Positions 50,391-64,000 of a stretch of 64,000 bases of DNA are shown here, piece by piece. The notes beneath the pieces were generated by a model, which was given only the letters and a program-made list of their open reading frames with translations, ran no database searches and had not been told where the DNA came from. This DNA is from Sphyrna mokarran. Its lineage: Eukaryota. The stretch spans positions 12,648,001 through 12,712,000 of the forward strand of contig JAGIQG010000016.1 of assembly GCA_024679065.1 (NCBI GenBank). Direction: 5' to 3'. Within the stretch, counting starts at the first letter, position 1. The number at the start of each line of letters is the position of its first letter. Position numbers and translations under genes: made by a program.

Positions 50391-52899
50391 TCAATTGTTC
50401 AATTGTTCAATAAGGAACCTAATAGCATTTTGTTTTCCTCCATAGAATGTTTTGTGTATATTTTGTTACGGAGGAAATAAAGTTGTATAAGAATCATGAC
50501 AGGCTCCTTTTTTGCCAATTTTGTTACGTTTTCATGAAGCTGAGTAACCGAATTGCTACCCGTGATTTGAGTGTTCTTTTGTAGTTTATCGGATTGTCTT
50601 CCATAATATTGTCATCACTAATTCTGCAGCAGCACTGAAAGGTCAGCAAATGCCACGTCCCAATGAATATTGAATCGATGCACAAATAGCTGCAGGCAGG
50701 TTGCACATTGTGCTTGATCTCTCTCTCTCTCTCTCTAAACCTGACTTTTATTGCCACGTGATCTTGAATGCGTTGGATTAATTTTGCTCATTTATAATTC
50801 ACATAAACATTCATCAAGGGTATACATGAAATTGGCGTTTGCAATTCTGACTTAAATTGTTCACACTGGAGCACGTTATTGGGTATATTCCAAAGAATAA
50901 TAATTTTCCATTGGATATGCAAATACCGTTGGAGGAATGGTGTGACATAATTCGGCTCCTCAGAAATGAATGTCAGAGTGCGGCCCTGCAAAATTTACGT
51001 CCACTATTGAGCGACGCTAGCAGACATATTGACAGTGTGTTCATGTGTATGTTTCTGCTATTTTCAGAGATAGTAGTAGTGAAGTTTTTGGAACAACTTG
51101 TCTCAAATTTTCAGAGAACTTCAAGACTTTATTTGGCAAACCACGACTAGTGTGGACGAATGATTTATTTTTTCTTACAACATTGAAGAGCATACAGACC
51201 AACTTATCTCGACGGTCTTGGAGGTATTTCTTCAATGCTTTAGGAAAAGCACTCTGCTAATAAAATGAAGGAGATTCAATCCACGTCTAGAATTCCGCCC
51301 AGTGATGGTGAGGAGCTTCTCGATAGTAATAAGGTTATTTGAGCTTAATGTGACACAGTTTCTTATCAATTCGAAATGACACATTATCAATATCATTGGA
51401 ACAGTTCGATTTATGACGAAACGTGAAGCATCGGGCGGAAATGAGCTGGGGAGTCATCGATGGCGATAAATTTATAAATGTCACACTAGAAGATGCATTT
51501 TTACTCTTTAATAAGTCTGTTGTCTGAAAATAGTGTGAAATGAATCTTCGCGGATACTTCTAAACTCGGTTCTGACTGTATTTTCTGCTTTGCAAGCGAT
51601 TATGAGCTGATTACACAACTGTGGGTCGAATAACATTGTTATTCTGAACGTCGTCTTAATGAAGCAAAATGATCAACTTAAGATCCACAACTAATTTCAT
51701 TTTTTTTTTTCTGTAGCATTGGTCATTTCAAAAATGTCAGGTCAGTCAAAATCCCAGTCCAAAAAACAAAGTAACAAGCTGAACGCTCGTAGCAGCTGAC
51801 ATAATTCAAAATCAACGCTGTTTATCGGAGGGATAATTGTCCAATGACAATGAAGGAATATATTATTGCCATTTTTTAGTATGTCGTGGTGATAAACTCG
51901 GTTGAATAATTGAGTAAAATTATAGTATTTTAGACTTTCTTCTCATTATCAATGAAACTTAAAAAAACGTGGCCTGAATACGGGAGCGTTCATCGCTAAA
52001 GGTTATCAAGTAATTCAAAGAATTCCAGGTCAACCATGTATCGTTTGATTAAATGCACAGCCAATCTCCAAATGCCAACCCAGTGAGGTGCAGAGAGGAA
52101 GGCATGTTTGTAGCAAATCTGCCACATGCAATTTGCAATTAATTATTAAGGAATATTCCTTTCATGTTGATATTCCTGAAAAAGTGAATGTTTTAAACTG
52201 GTCTGAATGATTTCAATAATAAAAATCGAATGTGCAAAAATACGAAATAAAGAATATATGACACATATGTACTGGAGTATCTCTTGACAAAGTTGTACCT
52301 GCAGCAAACGGTACAACCGAGATCAGTAAAGAGAACAATGACAATATTTTAAGAAAACAAAGATGTTTCTGACGTGGAGGATCTTATTCTACCCTGTGTC
52401 GACTTCTCACCCGCCTCGCAACCCGTGCCCCGCAAATAAAAATGCCCAACAGGCAGGAACAGTGGGGATTTTCTCTCTCTTTTTTTGGTGTGGCGGGGGG
52501 GGGGCGCTTATAATAGACCGAAGCTGTGGAACTGTCTCGGGGAGGCACATGTCAAAAACAGCGGGGCGAACTTCCTGACTACGCATACCCATCAACCGTC
52601 TGCTGTCCAAAGTCCACATCACCCCATTCCACAAACTGTCGTGCAAACTTTTATCGTCAGGACCTTGTGTAGCTACACCAGAAATTTGCAAAAAAAGCAA
52701 AAAAAAAATTGAAATGCAAGATTTGAGAAATATGTAACGAGTTAAAAAGGCATGCTGATTAGTTAAGTCGCTGCAAAAATGTGGAAAGAAATAATATGTG
52801 AAACATGAAGTTTGATGTTTTTGGACAGAAATGTCAATCTGAGACATAAATGGAGAAAAGCGGCAGAACCTGTATTATAAATTATCTTTGCGGAATTAT

Positions 52900-53540
52900 A
52901 TATAAAGCAATGAATACTAGCCCTCAATAGTAACGCAGGAAGCTTAATATAGTGTTGTTATTCAAACGCATTTGAGTATGAATAAGGAATTCTTGCTAAA
53001 AGTGTACAACGCACTACTGAGTATCGTGAGATTTTCAGTCCCCTTATTTAATCGGATATATCATACCTTCAGAGGGACTTCAGATAAGTTTCACCAGGAT
53101 GGACTCAATGACGAAACGATTGTTTTATGACGAAGTGCTGAACAGATCGGACACTATATTTTGAAAAAAAAAATATTTTTGCGTTAAGTTAGAATTAATC
53201 TTTTCTAACCTGCTAACAGTACATATTCTGAACAGATGTTTTCACTCAAGAAGAGTCTGAAACCAAAGAAGCCAGATTCAGAATGTGCGTTCGCTAGTTG
53301 AAGGCTGAGATGCAGCACAGTTCCCTTCTCTCCGAAGTGATGCAAATTATTCGGTCTCCATACCAAAAGTAGATATCCCGGAATTGTGCTTCTCTGTCTC
53401 TAGGACTCAGAATGGCAAGTTTTGATGAGGAAGGGAATGAAGCTGAATGTCTAAATGTCCAGCAATTGAATGTGAGGAATGTTGAATAAACCATGATCGT
53501 GTTCAGTGTTGGAAAAAAAAAATCTCAAGCGGCATAAATG
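52900..53540 (+). mobile_element. Decayed CR1 3' fragment
   Basis: 'TTTGAGTATGAATAAGGAATTCTTGCTAAAAGTGTACAACGCACT' (EY...LL..Y.AL) and 'CAGATAAGTTTCACCAGGATG' (QRRFTRM-like). Confidence 0.6.
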
Positions 53541-53639
53541 ACCAACTCATTTATGAGTAAACCTTTCACGTTTATATGACGGGCGGCACTGCGGCGCGGT
53601 TGTTATTATTTGCAACATCCAGAAAGCCAACACGCCACC

Positions 53640-54170
53640 AGTCGTCCGTCCCCTTATTTGCGAAAGGATATATTAGCCTTGGAGGGAGTACGGAAGAGGT
53701 TCAAAGGATTGATACCAGCGTTGAGCGGGGTCAGCTTATCAGGAGAGATTGCGTAGATTGGGCCAGTACTCATTGGTGTTTAGAAGGCTGAGGGGAGATC
53801 AGATCGAGGCATAAAACTTAATGAAAGTTGTAGACAGGGTAGAGGCAGAAAGTAAACAAGAACGAGAGGGCACAGCCTCTAAATAAGGGCGCGGGGGGTC
53901 AATTTTAACAGGATTGGGGAGGAACTTGTTCTGTCAGAGGGTAGAGAATCTTTGGAATTCTCTGCCCTTTGAAGCAGTGGAGGCTACCTCGTTAAATGTG
54001 ATTAAGTCAGAAGTAGATATGTTTCTGATTCATAAGGGAATTAAGGGTTACGGAGAGCAGGTGGTTAAGTAGAACTGTACCACTATCAGATAAGCTCTGA
54101 CCTTATTGAATGGAGGGGCAGGCTCGAGTGATCAGATGGCCTATTCCTGCTCCTAGTACTCATGTTTTAT
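53640..54170 (+). mobile_element. CR1 3' fragment with tail
   Basis: 'AGAAGGCTGAGGGGAGATCAGATCGAG' (RRLRGDLIE) and 'CAGAGGGTAGAGAATCTTTGGAATTCTCTGCCC' (QRV.NLWNSLP). Tail 'GATGGCCTATTCCTGCTCCTAGT'. Confidence 0.85.
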
Positions 54171-54960
54171 TCACTCTATGCTCCCTCAATTCAGATCCAT
54201 CAAGTCACTAACACTCATTGTTATACCAAAATCATAGGCATACGCTCACTCAGAGTTACCATTCCTTCATTGTTATTTCAGTCCCCCATAATTACTTCTC
54301 ATGCAGCCACTGATGCAGTCTCATCATCGGCCATTCAACTCCACAAGTTCTCACATACCCAACTGATGACACTTGGCTGTCAAATACTTCTTCAGTGTAT
54401 GACGTCATGGTTTATGCACTTCGGCCTTGAGTCACAGACCAACAGAAAATTTCAATTATGTTTGTGCATAACGAAACTCTGATCAGTTGCTTAACAATAC
54501 CTTCGTTGGAAAATCGTTCAGATGTATAAAGTGAATCATCATATGCTCTGAAATAGCGTTACAACGTTCTTTTTTTAAAAAAAAGAGAAGCAGATTGTGT
54601 GGTAATTGTGTGACCTATTCCATCAGAACCTACAGAGCATATGCTGAAACTACATCAGTTTTTTATCTCCAAAGTGAATATATACCTGGAAATAGTGATG
54701 CAAAAAAAAAAAGAGAATTGCGACTGCATCAAAGAGAAAAAAAAAATCCAGGGTGCAATTGAACGCCAATTTGGCAAGTGCGTTTTTACAAAGATCGACA
54801 AGTAACTGCATTGTGCGTCTACGGTTTTCCTTCCTCCCTTGACAAATTGTTACCCTATTTTTTCTTCGAAATGAGGTGTTTACTTTTCCAATCAGTTAGG
54901 AGATAGGATAAAAGAAATAATCAGGACTTTCCTCTGCGACCCTGCCACAGTGGTGGCAAT

Positions 54961-55337
54961 AAAGAACAAAGAATAAAGAACAAAGAGCAACACAGCACGG
55001 GAAACAGGCCCTTCGGCCCAACGAGCCCGCGCCGCCGTTCTAACGTCTTAATGACATATCCAAGACTTTAGGCTATGCCTATTGTGGAAGATTCCCATAT
55101 AGGGACCAATATAGGGACAATTTTTTACCCAATCAGCCTAAGAGCACATTATTGGGATGTGGGAGGAAACCGGAGCACCAGGAGAAAACCCACTCAACCA
55201 GGGGGAGAACGCGCAAACTCCCGCAGACACAGGCCCAAATCAATGTGTCTTCACAGCAACAGCGATAGTTTCTGAGCTGTCATGTTGCCCATCAGATGGT
55301 CCAGTTTAAGCATACACTAACGACTTGAAGCAGGACA
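54961..55337 (-). mobile_element. 5'-truncated copy of the composite CR1 3' UTR / SINE-like element
   Basis: (AAAGAAC)n tail, CAGGCCCTTCGGCCCAACGAGCCCGCGCCGCC, central domain, and the extension 'TGTCATGTTGCCCATCAGATGGTCCAG..GCATACACTAACGA..TGAAGCAG' matching 12470-12525. Confidence 0.92.
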
Positions 55338-55734
55338 TCCTGTGGAATCTAATTTCCTTTGCTTTTTCACCGACAAGTCATCTTCCACTCGCTGGAGACA
55401 GAAAAGAAACTCCCATGGGGTGCAGTTTTTTTTTCTAATGCATTGCCAATTTCTTCCCTGGTCGATCATTTCTTTCAGTTTTTATATTTGTCAAACAATC
55501 GAAAAAAAATCCCTCCACATTGAAGAGCATGTTCGTAAAGCATTTCGAAAACAGGGATTCCACATCATACTAACAGGTCTATAAACCTTTGGGTCTCTCC
55601 AACGCTGAAGAAATTAAAAAAAAAATGCCATTCATTCCAATGTATCTGCACTGACTCTCTATTGAAGCTCAATAAACATATCGGTGGTTAATCAACATAA
55701 TCTACACGTTTTCGGATACTACAGGGAGAGTTGT

Positions 55735-55915
55735 CATGGCCAAAGCGCCTCATATGCAGATCATTGAACTGTGGGAAGAAACACGGATGCTTAGAAGAAA
55801 CCCAAATATCGCAAGAACACACAACTTTCATAGGCATAGTCATCTAAGTTTGGAGTCGAACCTCGATCCTTCGGCACTGCCACACATCAGTGTTAATCAC
55901 TCTGCTGCAGCGATG
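55735..55915 (-). mobile_element. Decayed HE1-like SINE fragment
   Basis: 'CTGTGGGAAGAAACACGGATGC..AAACCCA' is the reverse central domain, followed by a decayed tRNA head. Confidence 0.55.
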
Positions 55916-57289
55916 GCTGTAACAATTCTAATATTCATACAGCATTTAGAGCACAGACGGAATTATGCATTTACCTGTCATCGCTCTTCAAATTTGCCCC
56001 AAGTTCCGGTAATTAATTCTACCCAATTCATCTTTTCTCCCGCGTGAATTTCTCCATGGGAACGCCATAAATATAGTTCCTGATTGTGGAACTCAGATCG
56101 TACTGGTTCGTTGTGCAGAGGTACAAATTCGCATGTCACAAGTGCGCATTGTGGCATTCCAATTGGACATGCACTCCTCTGTTCTGTAATCTAAACGGTT
56201 TTTTTTGTCTACTCTATGGAGATTACTGGTATTTTCTATCTCGATATCGTATGTCATGTTCCGCCTTATATTTCCAAGAAAATACACCAGACTTCTCCAA
56301 TCTCTTGTTGCAAATATCTGTTTTATTGCAAGTACAATTGTCGTGAATCTTCATTTTGTGATTTTTTTTTTTCAATCTGCTTTCCTATGCAGAATCAAAA
56401 CCAAATACTAACACCAGGTCATATGCACACCATGCACGGACCTTCCTCCAGTCTAAGTTAATTCAAGTACTAAGTTAATTCACGACTGTATTATTTTTCG
56501 TATCTGTTAGTCTCCTCTGGTATATGAATTGCCCCATCGCACGTGTTATTTTTGTCAGTTAATCGGATGCGCTTTTCAAAACTAAGAGTATCGCAACCAT
56601 AAAATTGCACTCATTTGTAATCTAGTTGAACTACCCTGACTTTTATAAAGTTGTTTTCTTCGATATCCATGATCGTTTCTCTTAGTTTCCCTGTCTGCTC
56701 CCCGGCAAAAAAAAACTACTCATGTCATGAAATATTTTTTTTTCTCCAAGCCAAGACGCGGAAATGAATTAATTCTTATAACCTTGACCTCATGCATTTC
56801 ACATTTTTTTCTATCATTTTGTAAACATAACGATGAATGAGTCATCTTAAGAAATTTAAAATTAGTCCCATGCTCCATGTGATCCAATGACACTTCCCAT
56901 TTAAGCATTGGATTCATTACATCGGATCCTGGTATTAATCAAATTGAAGGGAGGCCATTGGGCAACTTGTCCATTGTATTGGATTGTTGAACAACCTGTC
57001 TTACTTCGTGATGTTACTTCCAGTGGTGCGCACTTATTGCACACAAATTCTCTGTGTGCTCGAAATGACCTACTTTTACGTGCCAGCAATTCTGTTTCAT
57101 TCGAAATTTCACCATGTGCTATGGCGTTGGTACTCGACTTATATATTTCAAATCAGTACAATCACGCGTATATAAGACATAACCACATGAAATCAAAAAT
57201 ATTTTCTACTCCAACTAAATTTCAACATAATCGGCAAGACGGCAGTAAAGTCTGAACTTAAGTATAATACATACATCGGGATGATTTCG

Positions 57290-57570
57290 GACGTTACGAT
57301 CCCATATGTCCTGGCATGGAGATTCGAGATCAGTGTCCGTCCTAAGTAAGGGCTGGAAATCTGGAAATATATTAGGTCTTGGGATTAGAATTGAAGTTGT
57401 TATCTATTTTCATTCTTAACGGGGTGTAGAGGAGTCGAAATGTTCTTCGGTAGTTCTGGTCACGCCTTTACGGTACTTTTTTTTTTAGGTGAGGTTGCAA
57501 TGGGAACTTAAGAGACTGCCATTGGATCAAGGATATCCATACGACAGTAAGTGGACTGACCGATTTGTTC
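57290..57570 (+). mobile_element. Decayed CR1 fragment
   Basis: 'GGGATTAGAATTGAAG', 'GTAGTTCTGGTCACGCCTTTAC' (QFWSP-like). Confidence 0.45.
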
Positions 57571-59347
57571 ATGGAAATGCTGCTATATGATCGTACTTTA
57601 TTTCAGAATTATGCTTTGAATGTGAAGTATCGCCCAGTATTTTGCAGAAGTTTGGCCATTTCACGTCAAGGGATCTCTAGAAGGATGTCATGTTCACTAG
57701 AATCCACATGGAGTTTTATCAAATGCAATACGTCAGTGACTCAGAAGCTAGACTTCGTTTTGAATCTTGTCAAGTGCTATGCGCAACTATTGTTGTTATG
57801 CAAATGGAAACATTTGAACCGTCGAATAAATGTCAATTAAGATCTCAATTTCGGACTTTTTGTATTGCACTTTTTTCCAAAACAGGTGTAACTTCCTGTT
57901 ATACAAATTCATTTCCCTGAGACGAATCGTGTCCAATACTCACCTGAAATATTCTGCTGTCTTCGGGGTGAGTTTTTTTTCTGAATCTGCCTATGGGCCG
58001 AGGACTGTCCCGACCACAATTCTCGGCAAATCGAGCGACATTCAGAGCTTGAGCAGGTATGTTACACTCTTATATTTCATCATGGATTAAGATCTGCACA
58101 AATAGTAAATCCAGTTCACAAGTATATGCATCGTGCCCCTGTTCTGCCAAAGATATCCATTCATTACCATTGACTGCTTCTAGCGACTTCTAAATTTTGC
58201 TTCCATTTCAATTTAACATTTCTCTAAAATATTTGATGCCTACTTGTGGGCTATCTTAATAAGACATATAAATTGTCGTCTTATTTAGACGAGCTCCAGA
58301 GTGCTAAATTATTATAAGATATGCCGAAAGACATGATATTTTACCATTTGACTTAACCTGTTAAACTGCTCATTGTTTTGGATTTTAGTTCATTCAACTT
58401 CTATTTTTTTGTCTGGAAATGGAGCTACATTGTGACATAACTATGTTTATTTTAACACATTTCATTAATTTGTTGATATTTCGTGTTCCTTGGCATGTCT
58501 GGATTCAGATCCGAGGTTCAAATCACATTTAACTATTACAGAAAATACAGGTGGTATTACAGACCACCCACATAGTCAATAATCCAGGACCATTATTCCC
58601 AGTGTTTACTCGCGAATGCCATTTGTAGTTTCTCGGAACAAACTGACTTTACCCTGGACTTTGTCTATTCCAGAATTGATCCATAAGCAATATCTAACGT
58701 TTGGCTGCCGTACATCTGCATTTTGGGAGGATCACAATACTTTCTTGCTAGCCAATGCTGATGTCTATTTATAAAAAAAGATGAAACCTACAGGCTGCTT
58801 ATCATTCACTCCGGGCCCATTCCGATGCTATAGAAGAAAGCAGGAGATCAAGTCACCGCTACATTGATTCGTTTCGAATAGAAAGTTTTTTTTTAAACTT
58901 TTTTTTAGCGATGTGCCGAGGTTGAGTACAGTGCAATAGTTCAGTCAAAGAATTGGAATTTCACCTTTAGTTTTGGCTTCACATTTATTGATGACAATAT
59001 TTTAATGGATAAAATCTGGAAGTAGTTGCAGATATCACTTGCATGGAGATATGCATATTTATGTGTTTTGCATTGATTTGACATAATTAAATTCCACAAT
59101 AACCCCTGCATTTCGTGATATACATTCAGATTCTGCGCTGGCACACGCTTGAAAAAAACATAGAGCAGTCTGTGATTTTTTTTTCCAGAATTTGTGCAAG
59201 GTAAATGATGCAGGAGAAATGTGTTTTCTCTGTGTATTGACTGCATTTAACCTGAATGTAAGAATTAAGAACGATTTCAGTACAAGTGAAATTCTCTAAG
59301 CAGAGGAGATCAATTAATGATGGGTATATTCTTAATTGATACATTTG

Positions 59348-59690
59348 TGGCACGGTAGCACACTGTTTAGCACTGCCGCTTCATAGCTCCAGGAACCTGG
59401 GTTGGATTCACTTGCGCCACTTAGTGTGCGGAGTTTGCACATTCCCTCGTGTCTGCGTCGGTTGCCTCCAAGTGCGCTGGTTTCCTCCCACAGCATGAAA
59501 ATGTGCGGGTTAGGTTTATTGGCCGGGCTAATCTTGCCCGTAATTCTCTGAGATGCATATTTTAGAGGGGTTGGCGGGAAAATATGTAGTTATGTAGGGT
59601 TAAGGCCTCATTGGGATTGTGGTCGAAGCAGACTCGATGGCCCAAATGATCTTTTTCTGCAATGTAGTGTTTTTATGTTTCTTTTTATGT
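59348..59690 (+). mobile_element. Full-length HE1-like tRNA-derived SINE
   Basis: Head 'GGCACGGTAGCACACTGTTTAGCACTGCCGCTTCATAGCTCCAGGAACCTGGGTTGGATTC', central domain, and CR1-type tail 'GCAGACTCGATGGCCCAAATGA'. Confidence 0.9.
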
Positions 59691-62074
59691 ATACAGGAAA
59701 AAATAGCCGTTTGAAATACCATGCATGTGCACGCGAGTTAAAGAAAACGTATTTTAATAATTTTATTTGACCTCAAGATTACAAACGGTGTAAAGCAACC
59801 ATGAACGACTTCTCCGGATCTAGGTCCGTTGAGAATTGCAACAAAATTTTGACTGAATTAATGACTGTGGAAGAATATTTAAAGGGTGCGCCAAAAAAAG
59901 AAAAGAAAGATCATTATACTTTGAATTGTGATTAACGAATTTTGATTTTGTAAATGCAGGTAATGTTATCAGCGCTGTTTTTATTAATGAACTGGGAGAA
60001 GTGGATAGGTTGTCGGAATCTATGTTCAGCAGATTGGAAAGTAAATAAAGGGAGGGTGTTATATTTTATAAGAAAAGACATATCTAAAAAAAAGACCTGA
60101 CATTTGACAGTGTGGTCTCTTGTAAATTGTATTAACAATTGGGTATTCCACTGAGAAACACACTGCCCGATGTTTCATTGGATCCTGGGTACATGGTACG
60201 ATATGCATATCAATTGCACAACAAAAAGTTGCATTTCAAATTCTAAATAAAAGGCTGATGATTTTATATCGTCCAACGGTGCTCCGGTATCTGCAAATTG
60301 TAATGGCTCTAAATGAAAGTAATTGCGATATTTTGAAGCGTACTGCACCCTGAATAATCCAGCATTTCATCGCACAATGATGCACTATATCCAACCTGAT
60401 ACAACATTTTTCTTACCTGAAGTAGTACGAGATGCTTTTGGTCCTGCTAGAAACATTGCAAATATTGATAAATGCAGGAGCTATCATATGCACATGAAGA
60501 AACCATGATACATACGAAATAATTTTATTCTCTGATGCATCGAACATTGGAACTGCCGAGGCAGCTGAAACATATCATTGACAAGAACGAAGAAAAAAAT
60601 ATTTTTTCGGATATTGTAGGCGTTGCAGAGCGATGCAAACTAATGTTAGAACACAGTAATTTATGATTTAACATTCTACCCAAACGGAAAAAAAGTGGTA
60701 ATGACGCACTCAAAAAATACAAAATCGGTTTTACGGTATTTTCTTTTTTTGTGCGAAATTTCAAGGAACAAGTAAATTATTATCCATTTTTGAGGAAATT
60801 GCTTAACATTATGGCTTGAACGGATACATACATTCTAATTTAATTACACTAATTTGGACATCGCATGCATCAAAACTGATAAGATTCCACAAAGGACATC
60901 TTTCTCATGAAATAACCTGTCATATTGAGAGCAATTTGCTTGGCATTTCTGTTCCCTGTCAGGTTAATATCAAATAAATACGCATCCAATGGTCATAGTA
61001 GGTGGTTTGACTTTTTTGATCTCGATGAAATTTTAGTAAGAAATAACCTTGATACTGAGAATCATATTTGTCGAATCATTTAGTGTTGCATATACACGAG
61101 CTTTCCTTGTTTATGCATTTCCATCATTTTAATGCCACGTTTTTCTTGCAGAAGCTTTTTTTTTCGGGATGATACACATGCACAGCTTTAATCTTTTTTT
61201 TGACTAATGTCAAGCTTGTGTATTTTTGCCCTGATCTCTACCGGTCAAGATGAGATGATATATTGACATCATGTGGAACGTTCCACTTCACGTTTAATTG
61301 ATTTAAGTTCTGTCGACATGATGGGAAATGTTGTGTGCATGATTATATGATTGCACCGCTACAAGAAAAGTATGTTTATGTTGAAAGTGAGGATGAAGTA
61401 AGAACATAAAACGAAATATCAAGTGGCAAAATTGTTATCTTGCTGCAACAAAATACATGTTCTGGGGTACGAGGTGCTACGGTGAGAACAGTTACGTTCA
61501 AGCAAAATTAATATTGGGAATATCTTCTCCATAAATCCTCGCTAATAACTGATATATGAATGGTTTTATGTTTTTTTTTCTCAGACTAGATGGAATAGTT
61601 GAATTTAAAACAAAAAGAAAGATTGATGCTCAGAAATGCTGTGCGTAAATATCTTTGAAAAGAGAGCGTTTTATTTCGGAAAATCAAACGTACGATTTGA
61701 GAACATGTTCAACAGTATTTCTGCATTTTTAAGTTTTCCGTCCTGTTTTCTCTTCTCAATTTCAGGAATGAAAATGTAAGGTTTAATCAGTATTACATGT
61801 GCATATGAATATGTTGCTACACTCGCACAACAATTTATCTCTTAATTTGTCTTGTTCAGAATTGAAGTAGTACTGTTTCATTAAGCGCACACGGAAATGC
61901 CTGAATAATGTAACGAAAACTATGATTTCACTTATTTTGGAGATCTAAAATGATTGATTTATCCTCGTGTTTGCACAAGTCGTTATGGGTTTGATCAATA
62001 GTTATTCACAGCTCTTGATACATGTTTAAACAATACGAGAATACAAATGCTGCTTTATGGCGGACTACTTTGCA

Positions 62075-62260
62075 GTTGGCACAGTGCTACGTTTATTGAC
62101 AGAACTGCCTCCGTGCATGAGGGACCAGTTTGATTCTAGCCTTGCCTGGAGATTGTATATTCATGTTATGTGTACGTATATTGTCTTGAGGTGTTCTGGT
62201 CCTCCATCACAGTGCACAGATGAGCAGGCTGGGTGATTTGGTAGGCGTTTATTGCTTATT
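62075..62260 (+). mobile_element. Decayed HE1-like SINE
   Basis: 'GGCACAGTGC...ACTGCCTCC...GGGACCAGTTTGATTC' head and decayed central domain. Confidence 0.55.
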
Positions 62261-62269
62261 AGCGATGAC

Positions 62270-62910
62270 AGAATTTGGGTGGATTCCCAATACTGATTTC
62301 CAGGGCTAGCTGTTTTGGTTTACATATTGTTTCGAAGAGTCGACTCTGATTTGATGCTCGGGTTATGGCTGAATTGATGATGTCCTGAACGCCTTGCGAT
62401 GCATTACTGTTGAAACAAGATAACTTTTGGAGCAGAGAATTGTTGAGCTGGAGATGGTCGAAGTCATTGCGGCTTAACATGTATTTGGGAACGTAGATAT
62501 TCGTTAGCGAATTACCTATTTAATGGCACGTAATGATCTTAAAGGGTGTTACAACAATATTCCGAAAGAGAGAAGTCTTCATATCAAAAAAAAGAGACAA
62601 GTTGCAGTGCAGGAAACGATTCAATCAAAACAAAACTATTTGCTAAGTTTTCACCAGGAACTTCATGGTACAGAGATATGTTGGCAGGCACCAGACGTTC
62701 ATGGCTTCCTTCAAAGTCACAGCATATCCTGATTTTACTCTGCCTCACGCTGTTTTCTTTATCCCAACAATTCTGGTCCAGCGAATTTCAACATGCTGTC
62801 TATTCAGGAATTAGCCAGGAAAATCCCTTTTTGGCTGCCTCTAATATTATTTTTGTTTTCAAAACAAGGTGATCAATTTGTACTCAGTGGTCCAGTTGAT
62901 GCCTAAGCCA
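62270..62910 (-). mobile_element. Decayed LINE RT fragment (CR1/L2 group)
   Basis: Minus ORF 62259-62480 ending 'LEISIGNPPKFC', plus 'GTACTCAGTGGTCCAGTTGATG', the reverse of a YRP+SL-like RT motif. Confidence 0.35.
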
Positions 62911-64000
62911 TACTGCGCACAATTGCAACAAAACCTCCATATACCTAAACTGGTTAGCAATTAATGCAAACATGGCTTTTATCTTTTAAAGTTGTTGTTG
63001 GGCTGGTTAGTAGATCTTTTTGATGAATGCACGATTACGCCGAAATCAATCCACACTTAATTAAGCTCAGTCTCCACATTTCGATGTTGATTTCTCCTAG
63101 CAAAGTGCAAAATCTCACGTTTATTCACGTTTATCTTCAATTGCCATGTTTTCACTCAGAAAACAGTCCATTTATATCCTGTTTTAGAAACACATTATCA
63201 TCATAAAAGCATGTCCTTCCATTTATATTGTTACCATCAGCATGTGAGGGTGAATACAGTATTGGGCTCAGTTTGCAGCTAAATGCACGTACTTGAACAA
63301 TTTCGTGGAGTTTTACAGTTTCGGGAGGGGACTTGGACTAATCTCATTTGCTGCAATCTCGGGAAGAGATGAGGTCTACCTGTATGACAACTGTTCTAAA
63401 CATACATTGAACTGGGAGTAGAAACGTTAACGATAATCTAAATATGGTTTAATGAGATCTACTATTGACATTTTTTTTTATTATCACAACACAATATCAA
63501 ATCGCTTGTGTGTACTATCGATTTAATTTACGATTTCAAATCGTTTCCATTTCAAAACAATTCAGATCATTCCTGCAAAATACCGTTCAATCTTTATTTC
63601 GGTTCCACAGAGGGGTATGAAATAGATTGAGATGGTTCTGCAGTGCGAACTTATCTTGTTAATGATTGATTTAGTGTTGAGATATTGCATTCAATCCTGG
63701 CAGGAGACAGGGAAACTAACCAAGTTAGCGGAAATCCACTCAGGAAGATGCATTTCAGCTCCACTTCCAGGAGGGAGAGCATAAGAGAAGATCCGTCGAA
63801 CGAAAAATAGCTAATGGTGAAAAGAAAACTGACGCTATGGCTAATGTCACATGAGTAAGAAAATAATACAACAGCCACGCCCAATAAATGACTTTAAAAT
63901 GTGAATGCAAAGAAAACAAAAGTAGAATGGCACATAACATAAATGGGAATCCAAAAGTTTTCAAAAGTTAAGTCAGTAACAATCTCTGTGATGCCCTCAT

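Noticed and set aside
56000-64000. Many 60-115 aa ORFs in the ORF track
   Set aside because: Composition typical of random AT-rich DNA, no recognisable domains, and no consistent exon chain.

Overview
Eukaryotic, repeat-dense genomic DNA, most likely from a cartilaginous fish (shark). This is inferred from the HER1/HE1-type CR1 and SINE 3' tails '...GGCCGAAGGGCCTGT...(GTTCTAT/GTTCTTT)n'. No intact host protein-coding gene is recognisable. Most of the window is retroelement debris: several CR1 LINEs of different ages, tRNA-derived SINEs, a Penelope (GIY-YIG) element, a Tx1/L1 fragment, a decayed near-complete Gmr1-type Gypsy LTR element (integrase upstream of RT) and retrovirus-like gag-pro-pol remnants. 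The most unusual object is a composite CR1 at about 11535-12967. Its 3' UTR contains, in order, a predicted pseudoknotted RNA motif, an embedded SINE domain, an antisense fragment of host ATP synthase subunit f (ATP5MF) coding sequence, and the CR1 tail. Two 5'-truncated relatives (about 50056-50390 and 54961-55337) carry different short sequences in the same slot, which suggests a retroposon family with a variable, host-sequence-capturing module. All family calls come from motif recognition by eye; no searches were run, and boundaries of decayed elements are approximate.
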